A DNA stretch of 62,901 nt, the filler included, from Bigelowiella natans CCMP2755 (Eukaryota > Protista > Cercozoa): NCBI GenBank assembly GCA_000320545.1. It is 9 parts of 9 records of this genome, joined end to end, with 100 filler letters (N's around TTAATTAATTAA, not from the genome) between each part and the next. Parts side by side here need not be neighbours in the genome. Positions count along the whole stretch, not along the records: positions 14,931 to 31,239 come from ADNK01002984.1; positions 31,340 to 37,548 come from ADNK01000894.1; positions 37,649 to 39,973 come from ADNK01000339.1; 6 more parts are not named here. One strand, written 5' to 3'. The notes beneath the pieces are model-generated. The model worked only from the letters and a program-made list of their open reading frames with translations. It ran no database searches and was not told where the DNA came from. This document shows positions 25,287 to 37,774 of this stretch, in pieces (within the stretch, counting starts at the first letter, position 1; each line of letters begins with the position of its first letter). The translations under genes and the position numbers were made by a program.

Positions 25287-26633
25287 CGGATGCCATGCTC
25301 GGATTTACACGATAATGACAAATTAACAGTACGCTGTAATATGTGCTACATCTTGGCGCTTTCGATTCAGATACGTAGCGATGTGCCATTAGCCAATTCG
25401 GAGTGGTAGATCAGAATGTGTATAATATGATTGTGATGTACTCTCGCTGACACTGACACGTTGATGCGATAGCGTCTATTGAAGAGCGCTCTTCGCTGCG
25501 CCTGCTTTCGCACCTAATTTTGCATGCAAGACACAATGCACTACTACGATATGCGCATGACCAAGCTGCTGGTGCAATTACAAAACCGCTACAACTGCAT
25601 TTGTTGTTGATTTTTCTTGCTATACACACGTACATGCTGATCGACAATATGTGCACAACATGCTCGCCTGTGTGTAGCTGTGGGCTCAGACTACCTTCTG
25701 TGACAACAACATGGCATATAACATGGCCATAGCAGCTACTATGCATCGATCATGCAAGTGGAATAGCCTGCCGTATATGGACTTTTAGTCCCTATACGTG
25801 TACAGCGTATGCCATCTACGACATGTGTATCACCTACTTCATATGTACCTATAAATACACATGTGCCACACATCAGCGCTTGTATATATACATCGTATAT
25901 ATGTATATATATGTGTGTATATATATTTTTTTACATATATGTATATATATATATGTATATATATATGTATATATACATATGCATCCATGTGTGCTATGCG
26001 TGGATGACGAACAGAGCACATGTGCTTTTTAAGTGCATGTGGTGTGCATGGGTACATGTGTTCCTTACGCGTACACGTACATGGACTTGTAGTCCCTGTA
26101 GCCGATCGACACATACAAATTTATCATACTTCACGGCAGTGGCTATAAACTGTGAAAACTATTGTGAAACTAGCTTGGTATGCTGCTACAAATCAGCATG
26201 CTGCTAGGATCATATATCAGCAATGACATAACAAGTATAATGGCAGCTTTATTTTCGATGCATGCTCAATATGTGGCCACATGCAGCCGATTGGCATACA
26301 TGAATATCGGTTTCACAGAAATAATTAATAGAAATGATAAGCTAGCGTAGTCGTAAGATTGCCTGACCATATTTGGGCACATTGTATCGCGCCACATATT
26401 TTAAAGGCGGCCGGGCTGCTTTTTGCCAAAGACACAGCATACTAATAGGCATAGTATTCGACATTTTCCCCATGCATTTGATGATTGTGTGATTGTTATC
26501 CAACCTCAGCGATGGTTTTTAATATTGCTGCAATAATAATGAAAGCTAAGAGCTCTAGACAAGATTTGGTGTATATCGACTATAGACACTTAAGGTGAAA
26601 AGGCGACGAAACTGACAATCGTAGTATTATTCC

Positions 26634-27827
26634 CTACTTTTGATGGATACCGCTGCTAGTGCAAGACAGCACCGAACTTTTCCCAAAATGAGAAATAATG
26701 ACAGGGATCATGCCGCATCCCTCGCACGGCTCCTTCAGAACAACCGAGGCCATCCCCCCCTTTACATCAGCTATGAACACCATGTCACTTCCGGTGTCTA
26801 CGTCCAAATCCCATCCTAATCCACTCTGCCCTTTGTTCATATCACATGACCAGGCAAGATGCATCTTCTCAGGATCGGTTATGTTGTAACCGAAGACGCC
26901 AGGGTCAGACGCAACGATTGCTAAATCGCGCAAAAGTCTGACACCTCCCGCCCAGCCTTGCACCTGCGTTTGACCCCTAACAGCACCACTAGCCAGATCG
27001 ACAGCAACCAAGCCGTTACTTCCGGACGCTATATAGACAAGAGTAGAACCCTGTGGTTTGGCGTTTTGTACTGCGATTCCGTCATTGTCATCAGGTACAT
27101 CCATGCTGTTAAGAATCGTCATCTTAAGTTCTGGCTCAGTAGCTGTGCTCAGGATTTCGCAGCGGAGTAGAACCATTTGGGAGCTGGCCGATGCGATGAC
27201 CAGCAGCGAGTAATGATTCTCCGAGAATTTCGTTGCCTCCCTACTTACAAGCTGAACGTCAGTGATGTCCTTTCCAACGGCTTTGTATCCGAGAACACTG
27301 TTGGCTCCTTTTTGTACGAAAAGCACAATTCCATTCCCTTCCGAATCGACGGCCGCCACCATGTAGATCTCTGATCCCCCGTTGATAAATCCATCCACAG
27401 CGTCACTAACGCGAGAAAAGCTGGTGATGTTTCTCTGCTGGAAAGCTATCGGTGTGGCGATCAACCCAAATTCTCGTTTCTTGAGTAGGTATAGCAATCC
27501 GTCTTGTGTCCCAACCACCATCTCCTCGCCACCCTTGGAGGTACCGATTCCAGACACATAATGACCATCTTCACAGGCGTCCGTAGTATTGAGCAGCTCT
27601 GAGGAGGCTAGCAGGGTTAAATTACCTTGCCTCGAAGCATCGAGTATGTGCACACGGCAGCCTTCACTTACGTACAAGAGCCGGCTCGCATTATTTCCAT
27701 TCCCGATAGCAGTCACATTTCTAGTTTTAACAACGAGAGTCGGACCAAACCCACCGTCTGGAAGAGGGAAGAGCACACCGGAAGCGACGCCGCAAGCCAG
27801 TATCAAGAAGAATCGTCCGGCGGCCAT
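26634..27827 (-). CDS. Intronless secreted LVIVD-repeat-like beta-propeller protein (397 aa)
   Basis: Single ORF with a signal-like N-terminus, MAAGRFFLILACGVASG. Repeats LLYVSEGCRVHILDAS, VYIASGSNGLVAVDLA, AIVASDPGVFGYNITDP and VFIADVKGGMASV resemble the LVIVD consensus AYVADGxxGLxIxDISDP. Confidence 0.75.
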   Translation of the reverse strand: MAAGRFFLILACGVASGVLFPLPDGGFGPTLVVKTRNVTAIGNGNNASRLLYVSEGCRVHILDASRQGNLTLLASSELLNTTDACEDGHYVSGIGTSKGGEEMVVGTQDGLLYLLKKREFGLIATPIAFQQRNITSFSRVSDAVDGFINGGSEIYMVAAVDSEGNGIVLFVQKGANSVLGYKAVGKDITDVQLVSREATKFSENHYSLLVIASASSQMVLLRCEILSTATEPELKMTILNSMDVPDDNDGIAVQNAKPQGSTLVYIASGSNGLVAVDLASGAVRGQTQVQGWAGGVRLLRDLAIVASDPGVFGYNITDPEKMHLAWSCDMNKGQSGLGWDLDVDTGSDMVFIADVKGGMASVVLKEPCEGCGMIPVIISHFGKSSVLSCTSSGIHQK

Positions 27828-27882
27828 TGTGGACTGCACCTCAAATCAGCTCAGAAACAATTGGAAATGACAAGGAGATCCC

Positions 27883-27985
27883 TTGTCGCAATGGGGAAAC
27901 CGCATCCCCTTTAAGGGATTGGCAAGGAAGGTCGAAAATGATGCTATTTGTTGCGAAATTGAAGGATAAATATCCAGTGCGACAA
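27883..27985. promoter_or_regulatory. Divergent-promoter motif, two outward-facing copies (LVIVD-like / carrier)
   Basis: TTGTCGCAA at 27883-27891 (minus-strand TTGCGACAA) and TGCGACAA at 27978-27985, within a 252-bp intergenic region. Confidence 0.5.
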
Positions 27986-28079
27986 CAAGTTTTTACTTAA
28001 TTCCTTAGTCTTGTGATCCCCGTTACTTTCACGTTTTAGCTGCAAGCCGCTCTTCTGGTAACAAAATCCGAGAATAATA

Positions 28080-30096
28080 ATGGCGATGAGACGACGCCTG
28101 ACGAGGCAGGTGCTGATGTTGGAGAAGCCTCGCCGGATCCGGCGAAGACCAGTGCCTCAAACTCGGAGATCATCGTTGTCATCATCACCGCCATCTTCTA
28201 AAGGCAGCAACTCATCTGTTCCCTCTTCGTCCTCCAGCGCATTTGCCAAGAGCACAGTGGTGAGCGCATGCTTGGGTGGCGCCCTGATCGTTGGTGGCAC
28301 TGCCCTCGGCGCCTTCTTACACAACCTGCTCACCCAAGACCAATATGCTTTGTTGTGCTTGTGGCGTGAATCCGATCTGGACTTCACGGTTGTCTCAGGG
28401 ATTGCAATGCACATGATGAAGGAGTATCGAGACGGGATGGACGAGAAAGATCTTGCCGAGGAGCTACATCTCGCGCCCTCCGCGGCGGGCGCACTGCTAA
28501 GATGTCTCGATGTGGACAAAACTGGGAGGCTGGAAACAAGGGAAGTGGTTGCCGCCGCCGTGATGCTCGCGGCCCTGGAAGGCAAGAGCAACGGCTCTGG
28601 AGAAATCAGCCTCGAGCAGATCGCGTTCCAATTCAAAGTGTTTGACGTCAATAACGATGGGTGGCTTTCCGCCAAGGAGATCGAGCGCTTGCTGCTCATC
28701 GAGAAGTCTCTCGGCCTGCTCCCCGCTTCCACGAATCCTGCAGCCCTCACTTCGCAGCTGTTTCATTTCCTTGGGAAGGAGAACGCAGGAGAAGGATCGA
28801 GACGGAAAAGAGGTGGAGAGGAAATAGCCAAGCTCACCCGTCAAGATTGGATGAAATTGTGGAATGCGCAACAGGGTGGTCTTCTTGCAAAAATAGTTGT
28901 CGCCCCTTGGCCAAAGCCCGAGGAATCATCATTGGTTGGCAGCAGCGGCTTCAGCAACAACAGGAGCAGCGTTTCTGTCGTTGTCGCGCCCCCGGACACG
29001 GTCGCGCGAGACGTCTCGATCGGCACCACTGTCGGCATGTTCACGACTCTGTTCGCCCACCCATTCGACACCGTCAAGACTCGCATGCAGCTTCACGCCA
29101 ATGCCAGCACTGCTCAGGGATATGGATTTTGGGGGACGATGACAAGTGCGATTCGTAATGAGGGACTCGGCTGTTTGTATAAGGGGCTATATGGGCCTAT
29201 AGTCGCCACAGGCACTAAAGCTGGCCTCTCCCTCTTCGCCAAGTCGCTTTGGGCTCGTACGCTAACAGAAAACTGTGGAATGGATAAGAAGTCATCTATC
29301 ACGCAGGCTGTCGCGGGAGGGCTGACGGGACTTTCAATGGCCCCCATCCTTGTGCAAAGCGAGTTAGTAAAAATTAGATTGCAAGCAAACGAATCTGCGG
29401 CAGCAGGAGGAGGTCCTATCGCCGTGTTTCAGAAGGTAAACATTAGCTGTTGGCATCAGCGTGGGAGGGGGAGGAGGAGAAGTGGCCAGCAGCCCAGCGA
29501 GCGCAACAGTACTAACTAAATCAATGCTAACGTTGTTTTTTTCCGATATATGTGTATGTCTGTAACAGATGTGGCTTCAAGAAGGTTCAGGGGTGTTAGT
29601 GCTGGGATTGCTGCCGACTGCCTTGAGACTTGGGTCCTCATGGGCCGTGTTCTTCGCTGGCCACGATGCCTTCATCCAAAGAATCTTTGCCCGCAACGAT
29701 GGCACCGGGGCGCCCCCGTCATCGCCGACATATCTGGAGGTTCTTGGCGGCGGCGCCATCGTAGGCATAGCATCGTGGATCGTATCTCTCCCTTTCGATG
29801 TTGTCAAAACTCGCATGCAAGCAGACCCGGTTGCCTTCCCATCCTTTGTGTCCACGTGGCGGACCATCGCAAAAACGCACGGCGTCCGTGGGTTTTACGC
29901 CGGTAGCTCAGCCGCTGCGTTGCGAGCCATTGTCGGCTCCGCATCCTTTTTCTGGTGTTATTATCACAGTGCGGAGCTCTTTGAAAGTATGGCGTCTGGC
30001 TTCATCGCTGGCCTCGGGTATCAGAGTAGAGAAAATGCCTCGTGCATCGCGCAGAGTCCGCATGCAAACATGCTTTTCTGTTTCTACGTTGCCTGA
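28080..30096 (+). CDS. Mitochondrial carrier (SLC25) fused to an N-terminal EF-hand domain
   Basis: Two exons, 28080-29435 and 29569-30096 (one 133-nt GT-AG intron). EF-hand loops DVDKTGRLETRE and DVNNDGWLSAKE. Carrier signatures HPFDTVKTRMQ, QSELVKIRLQ, LPFDVVKTRMQ and GLYKG/GFYAG. Confidence 0.9.
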
Positions 30097-30823
30097 TGAG
30101 GATGATGCAATCACGCGACGGTATCCTTACTACTGTCGCCGTGGGCTTCAGTTTATGTAAATCACACTCTTCGACTCGCTACCCAAAATGTGTCTTGCTA
30201 AAAATTCCCCCACCAAGCTGAGTCTGTCTAGATGTATAGCGATCGATCGATTATACTATAACTTGATTATCTGAGATTGATCAAATAAGCACAATTGTTA
30301 AATGCATGGGCTTCTCCGTGCGCGTGCAGCAGCCATACGATTCTGCGCTCATAGTTCAAGTAAGCATGGACGAAGAAATACATGCAGTGGCTCTTTCATT
30401 TATCATTATAAACACGCCATGGACCCACTATGCATTCTATATAGCCATGATAAGTTTTTGGTGTACACGTGATGACTGCCTGTATCCAGCGCTGGCTAGC
30501 TAGCTAGCTAGAGCGCTGGCAGAACACCATATGGGGTGTGGAATATCTAGATATATGCGAGGGCATCCATCATGCAGTTCTATAGTTTATATGCGCAAAT
30601 ATGTTAGATTCTGTGACACATACTACGCAACATATACATATGCGTGCAGCCATCTAATCGCAATGCTATGCTAGCGCGATGCATATGTAATGTGCGTACA
30701 CGAGAGCGAGCATGCACGCCAGCTAAAACAAACCCTCTGATTTGGCATAGAACATGGGGCAGGAACGGGGCCGACTCTCTGCTTTTAAACTTTCAGGCTT
30801 TCTCTTTTGAATTATGATAGGTC

Positions 30824-31795
30824 ATGCATCTTTGCGGCCCCGAAGACCACAAGGCGGGGGAGGCAGCGGGAGGGGCGTCACTGATTTTGCCGCCGTCTGC
30901 TTGCTGCATTTCCTGCTCTCCTCCCCCCCCCTCCCTCCCCTCTTCGTCTGGTATTCTGCTGCGGCTGTTGCCTGTTGCTTCTTTTATTCCAGGAGCCGAA
31001 GATCATCACTCCCTCTCTATCCAGCATGGCTATAAGATCTTTCCTCCCGCACTTAATTCCAGCAGCCTTCACAACCTTCGCCACCTCTGCAGCCTCGACC
31101 GGTTCAAACGTCACGATCTATACGTAGAGAGGAGGGTGTGTGGGGGGGGGGGGTGGTAAAAACTGTTTAAAAGTGATATAAGCAGCTTAACTTAGAGCGT
31201 GGGAGGGAGGAGAGATATTGGAGGAAACTGCTAGGAAAANNNNNNNNNNNNNNNNNNNNNNNNNNNNNNNNNNNNNNNNNNNNTTAATTAATTAANNNNN
31301 NNNNNNNNNNNNNNNNNNNNNNNNNNNNNNNNNNNNNNNTATATATATATATATATATATATTGTGTGTGTGTGTGTGTGTGTGTGTGAGTGTGTAAGTA
31401 CCCATTACAACTGTCTCTCCTCGATCCCTTCTCACAACGAACTGCTCCTCTCATCTCGCCCCCCCCCGCACAACCTTAGGTACGCGGGAACGCCAGGTTA
31501 CATGGCGCCCGAGGTGGTTATGCGAAGGCCGTACGATATGAATGCTGATATATGGAGCTACGGAGTCTGCCTCTTCCGCATGATAGCCGGCCACAAGCCC
31601 TTCGATGGCCCCAACCGCCACGTGTTAAATAAGAACGTGCTGGCGGCAAGCCCGACATACGGGATTAAGTTCTCCGATGAAGCGAAGAGCCTCATCCAGG
31701 GGCTCCTCCAGAAAGTCCCGCAAAAACGGTTTGTAGTAGGCGTCGATGTGCCTGCTGCGCCGTCGTCGCTCGTGGTTGCTGTGGTGGTGGTAGTT

Positions 31796-31829
<34 letters not shown>

Positions 31830-32452
31830 AGGAATCTTGCCACCCTCATCTTTGCGTGTGTGTGTGTGTGTGTGTGTGTGCACTTGCTACCTGTTGTCTG
31901 TCACACAGACTTAGCATTGCGCAGATCAAAGCTCAGCCCTTCTTCAAATCCATAGATTGGTAGTCGTGTAGTAGTAGTAGTAGTAGTAGTAGTCATGGTA
32001 GTCGTCGTAGTAGTAGTAGCAGGAGGAGTATGCTCTCGATATTGATGACGATAGACACATCATCCACCCAAGCACACACACACGCACACACACACGCGCG
32101 CGCGCGCGCGGATGAAAGAACGAATATTCATTTAATCGTTGTTTCCGTGGGCAGATAGGAGAGATGAAGGGAGGAATGCCGATGAGGCTGTTTCCTCTTC
32201 GACGAACGAATTCTCCCATAACACCACCCTTCCCTCCCCCCCTCCCCGTAGGCACTTGCTCGCGGCTGGGCTTCTAAAGCCGCCGCATGTTCCGAATAGG
32301 GAGAGTCTGCACGCTCCTACCACCACGGAGCTGGTCAATGTGCCCGCTGACAAGAAGAATAAGGGCAAGGCCGATAGCAAAAAGGTATGGTATATATATG
32401 AAGCTGTGTTTCCTTTCTCTCTTCCTCTTTTCCCAATTTAGGAAGTCTCTCT

Positions 32453-32501
<49 letters not shown>

Positions 32502-32887
32502 GTGTGTGTGTGTGTGTCAAACGACTTTTTTTTAAAAAAATACTCTACCACGCTTTGTGTCTGTTTTTGATTGTTGATCAGGCGATTCGTCGATTAGAGG
32601 AGCGGTACAAGCACACCTTCGACGACTGGGACTATGTTTCGCCAGCAGCAATCCAGACCGAGATAGTAGCCGCTCTCATGCTTCATCAAAAGGTACCGTT
32701 GATGTCTTCTATCAGTGTGTTTGCGTGCGTGCGCGTACGAACGAAGTATTCTCGAATTGATGTCGGATAAACCCCCTCGCCATCTCCCAACTCTTACGAT
32801 GTTCCTCCGTTGCTTTTTGTGCTGACGCGTCAGAAGCTTCCCGACAAGTTGCAGACGGTTCCAAATTCGTGCTGCACGATCATATGA
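30824..32887 (+). CDS. AGC-group Ser/Thr kinase, GRK-like, with a C-terminal CaaX box (subdomains I-VII in the gap at 31240-31339; start uncertain)
   Basis: YAGTPGYMAPEVVMRRPYDMNADIWSYGVCLFRMIAGHKPF...EAKSLIQGLLQKVPQKRL...IKAQPFFKSIDW-HLLAAGLLKPPHVP...FDDWDYVSP. The last exon, 32834-32887, reads KLPDKLQTVPNSCCTII*. Confidence 0.82.
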
Positions 32888-33807
32888 CGTAGTCGACAGA
32901 GCGCCCGCAAGAGAGGCAATGGGGGGATGAGAGGGGAAATGAAAACTAGGAGGGGGGAAGGCAAGGTGCGTCCTCGGTCTCAATCCGATCTAAGGAAAGA
33001 CACAACAAAAATTGTATTAAGCAATGCTACTGTAGATACACAACATGGTTTTTTAAAATAATGATTGGTAGGTTTTCTATAATGCATGCTACAAACAATG
33101 AAAAATTGATTGTCTTGTTGCTTGCCACAGCAGCAACGAGTAGCACAACGCATTATTGTATGCTACCTACCCACCCCTGCTGCGAGCTTGCCCTCGTAAT
33201 TCTAGTTCGTCTTGAAATGTGTCTCAACTGTATGAGACGGATGTAATGAAGTGATTAAATCTTTTCAATTGTTATCCTGATGTAGCGTGTTTCAATAGTA
33301 ATTTAGTATAAATAGTGAGCAAAGCTAATACACCCGCGCATGAATATCCTCCGTTTTACACTGTCAATAACTTGCTAGTAGCAGCGCTAATGAAGTAGCA
33401 GCTCCAATTTTATTTGAAGCCCATCATGACACGACATCACGCAGGTCACATACATGAGTAGTGATACGATGCATGCGAGGATATCCGAGTTGTGGTGCAC
33501 AGCCATGCATGCAGCAAGTATTCATAGACGTACACAATGCATGCTACAATAGGGTGATATGTGTCGCAGCGAGCGGTGATACGATGACGTTCGTATATTC
33601 GTTGTATAGTAATAACCCACTCTATATGTCGTTATGTGACGGATGTAATAATGGATACATTGAATTCTTTCAATTCTATGCAGCGCTATATGTGACTTAT
33701 GTGCCATGCACCAGTGCAGCATGCCTTTTTCCATCATAGAAGCAGCATAGACTACACACATTGATCCTGTTTATCTCTACATCAGCGCTGCAGCCGCTGC
33801 TTATTGT

Positions 33808-33859
33808 ATAGCTACATCAGGATGACCATTGCAAAAATTTGACCAATTCATTACATCTG

Positions 33860-33901
<42 letters not shown>

Positions 33902-34030
33902 ATAGTATATATATAGTATTACGTCGTATCTACGATCAGCATCCGTAGCTTGAGCTTACACATACATACAGCATAGCTACATCAGGATGACTACTGAAAA
34001 GATTGAATCACTTCATTACATCCATCTCAC
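33808..34030. repeat. Degenerate direct repeat (~60 bp, period 165) flanking a (TA)n tract
   Basis: atagctacatcaggatgac...ttcattacatc at 33808 and 33973. Confidence 0.8.
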
Positions 34031-34441
34031 ACATGCAGCACAGCTAAAGTGAGTAGTTGATGCATCATCATCTCTGTATATCGCACGTGATCTTTTGAGC
34101 TAACACAAACTACGCATCCGTTGATTAATATAGCTAGTCATCGGTCTGCTGCTCGGTCAAAAGCACAACTAATAAAATATGCACGATTCCCTCACGCATG
34201 GAGCATGTTACATGTTTGGTCAAGCTCAGCCGCCAGATTAAGCCGAGAGATGAATAGACAAATATTCAAGAATGTACAATGTCTTTGCGTACCTCTCTGC
34301 TCACTACCACTCAGGTTGTCGTCAGAACCTCGCTAGATTCGTGCATAAGCTGAAGGAAAATTGGAAATATAAGTATGAACATAAACACACACACAAACAC
34401 ACACACACACACATTCACACACACGCGGTATGATTGCGTGC

Positions 34442-36164
34442 TTAATTTATGGCTAACTTCAGGGAAGATAATATCACATTTTTACACGCGGAACGTGAGA
34501 TATAGGACAAGATCAATCGACCAAGAGAGGCTGCACGCAGCTTTTCTATGTTACTGACCTTAGCGTACACAGTGGCTCTCTGGGTGGGACGGCGAGAGAA
34601 GAAGAAGAAGAAGAAGGCGGGGTACATCCAAACATAAGTTATACACAAAATCATTTTTCCCTTTGAAAGTATGAACACGCAGGGTGGCGAAAATTTCCAC
34701 CGCTTTTCACCACGGACAGCTGGGGAGTGGTAGTAGTGAATGGGGGGAAGCGCTACCAAAACTGTTATCGAAGAACCTCGAAAACAACGATGATCTTGCC
34801 TGTCCTCCGGGACACTCATAAATAAAGCGATGTCGCAGGACAAACGATCATCGGCATTTCCGCTACCAGTTCAGCTTGGCAGTGCCGTCCCCCCCCCCCC
34901 CCCTCCCCCCCTTATGCAGACTACTACGACAACGATAACGACAACGCCCATTTCACCCCCCCTCACCTTATCCGGGTCAATGACGCGCACAGTAACGTCG
35001 AAATAGGCGACAACTGGCTTATGATCGGAGGACTAAGAAGCAGGCAGAGAGGCACCCAGACAAGAAAGGCAGAGCACAGGTGAGTGAGAGGCCGCGAGGG
35101 GGGGGGGGGGCAGGGTTTGAGCACCAAGTGACGAGAGGACATGCATTGAGTGCGCCAATAAATATAGACGCGCGGTCAATAGCGTTGAGCATTTCGCGGT
35201 TACTTCAATTAGAGATTAGGTGTAGGATGCAGCACCGCCTAAATGAAAGTAACTGCCAAGCTGTTTTTGCTTGATGGCTGATGCCTCTCTCCCCCCCCTC
35301 CCCCCCTTCTCCCTGCCTCTTCTTCGCTCCTACTACCGACCATTAGAGAGTCCTCCCGGCGATAGAACAATTGCTTTATCTCCGTGTGGTTCTGGCTCTG
35401 TGACGTTTGCGCATCATCACCGACCGGGGGGGGGGGGGGAGGAGGGAAAAGGAGACGACGCAGATGATCACGATGGCTATTGAAAATGCGGTGGTGTCTC
35501 GGTCCCCAACTAGCGAATCAATCTAAAACCGGCGACTTTTCTGCCCGGTTGCCTTGCGGACGCAGAGGCATTATTGAAAAAAAAATTATCCCGTTTTCCC
35601 AATTCAAACAAAATCAAAACCGTCGCGAGACAACGTCTTTACTTATTTTATGAACGCCATTCTGGCGAGTCGCCTGGCGTCGGCCGCCTCAATCAGGCAT
35701 TCTCTTATGATATAAATAGTATCAATGCTAGTATACCCTCCACAAGACCCTGTCGCACCAGGCGGGCATCCTGTTCTTTCCTTTGAGAAGTAAAAAAACC
35801 ATGCAATGGGTCAGCAGTCGGCCGCGTCATCGGTGGACGTGGGCAAGCCGCCGTCCCTTTTGGACACGGAGCGTGCGGTGAAAGAGGGTGCTGCGGAAAG
35901 AAAGCATTGATTGCGTCGTTTTCGCTGAACATGTCTCCTTCTCCTTTCACCCCCTAGCGGCGTCATCGTCGCCGTTACAATCGTCGTTCGCGTTGCAAAA
36001 GCAAGTATACAATGCAAAACTATGGAAGGAAGCTGCTCACCGTCTCCGCGGGCATATTGGTTGGTGTCGGGCGTGTATTTGAACGTGGGGGGGAACGATA
36101 TATCGCCCTCGCGGAAGTGCTGGAATACATATCTGCAGAGTACAACATATTACATATAATATAG

Positions 36165-36213
<49 letters not shown>

Positions 36214-36923
36214 TGTGCAGCCTACATTTATATTATCGGAGGGGGGGGGGAGAGGGGTGAGAGGTGAGGGGAGGGAATCTAATGGTATCTTAATACACGA
36301 GCCGTGGGTTGGAGCCGCACAACAACCAATGAGTGATAAAACACACAAAGGGTGATAAAAAAATGGACTGACACTAACGAACCACAACAACAAAGCAACA
36401 ACACGACAACTACTACGACTAACGACTACTACGACTACTGCTGCTCGTGGTATCTATCGACCAACCCCTTTATTCTCTCTGTGCGTAGCTGATCTTGTTC
36501 CAGCAGCTGGTCCCACTCCTCCTGAGCTATCAGCTGGTACACTTGGCCGAGGTTTTCGGAGCCAAAGTTTAGCCTGAGTGGGAGGAAGAAGGAGGGGGGG
36601 GGTTATAGGTACGTTTACTCTCCCCAGTTTGTTGTCTCTCTCTCCCTATCTCTCTCTTCCTTCCTTTCTCTGTTCTTTCCTTTTGCAATTCGACTTGTTT
36701 TGGCTGCTGCTACTGCTGCTGCTGCTGATGCTACCACTGCTGTGCGAGGTACCTATAGTTGAGATCTCCGAGCCAGAACAGTGCATCATGCTGGTCGATT
36801 CTGTGGTGTGAGTGTGAGTGTGAGTGTGAGTGTGAGTGTGAGTGTGAGTGTGAGTGTGTGTGTGAGTGTGTGCAAAATACAGCAAGTGAGCGGACATCTC
36901 CTCGATGCTTTTGGATGAAGTAT

Positions 36924-36970
<47 letters not shown>

Positions 36971-37128
36971 CTTTCTTCAAATAAACGCGCGATTGTTGCT
37001 GGCTACGACTTTGCCGTCTTGTCCCCCTTATCGTTCGTCGTTTTCAACGTGAAACGTGTCTTGGTGTAGGGAAAAAGACAGGCAGGCAGAAAGAGACGGG
37101 TAGAGACAGGTAAAGAGGGGGAGGGGGT

Positions 37129-37183
<55 letters not shown>

Positions 37184-37412
37184 TTAGCCATTTCACATAT
37201 TTCCGACAAACAAGTACAAGGAAAATACGTCTCGCGAAGAGACTTGAGGAACAGTTCTCTAGCGCTAATCATCGATAGCTGCACTTCTAATTTAGACAAA
37301 CGACAAGAGAAGGAGGCAGCAGCAGCAGCAGTATTATTATAGTAGCGATAAGCGGGAGTAGCACCTTGTCCATAATTCTGTGATAATCGTTATTCCTATC
37401 GGGTACGTTCTC
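34442..37412 (-). CDS. Inositol polyphosphate 5-phosphatase (IPPc), 3' part (5' end in the gap; C-terminus uncertain)
   Basis: Exons give ENVPDRNNDYHRIMDK, IDQHDALFWLGDLNYR, WDQLLEQDQL, FREGDISFPPTFKY, KNRMPAWCDRVLWR and SSDHKPVVAYF, covering the IPPc catalytic motifs. Confidence 0.9.
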
Positions 37413-37774
37413 CTATGTAAACGAAGGAAGTATAGTAGTCGCAGTATTCTACCGCGGGAAGGGATGCAAGGAGGAAAGAAACCTTCGGGTATGTGGTGGG
37501 GGCGCTGAGTTTCGATTCCCCCCCTTTATCTACCCCCCCCCCCCCCGCNNNNNNNNNNNNNNNNNNNNNNNNNNNNNNNNNNNNNNNNNNNNTTAATTAA
37601 TTAANNNNNNNNNNNNNNNNNNNNNNNNNNNNNNNNNNNNNNNNNNNNACATATTTGTCTCTGAACTTTTCTATCATAGAACTACTATATGTCGATCTCG
37701 TCACAAGTAGTAGCGTCCGGCATCATAGTATCCTCGTTCATCATCATCACCATCATCATCATCATTTTCTATGT

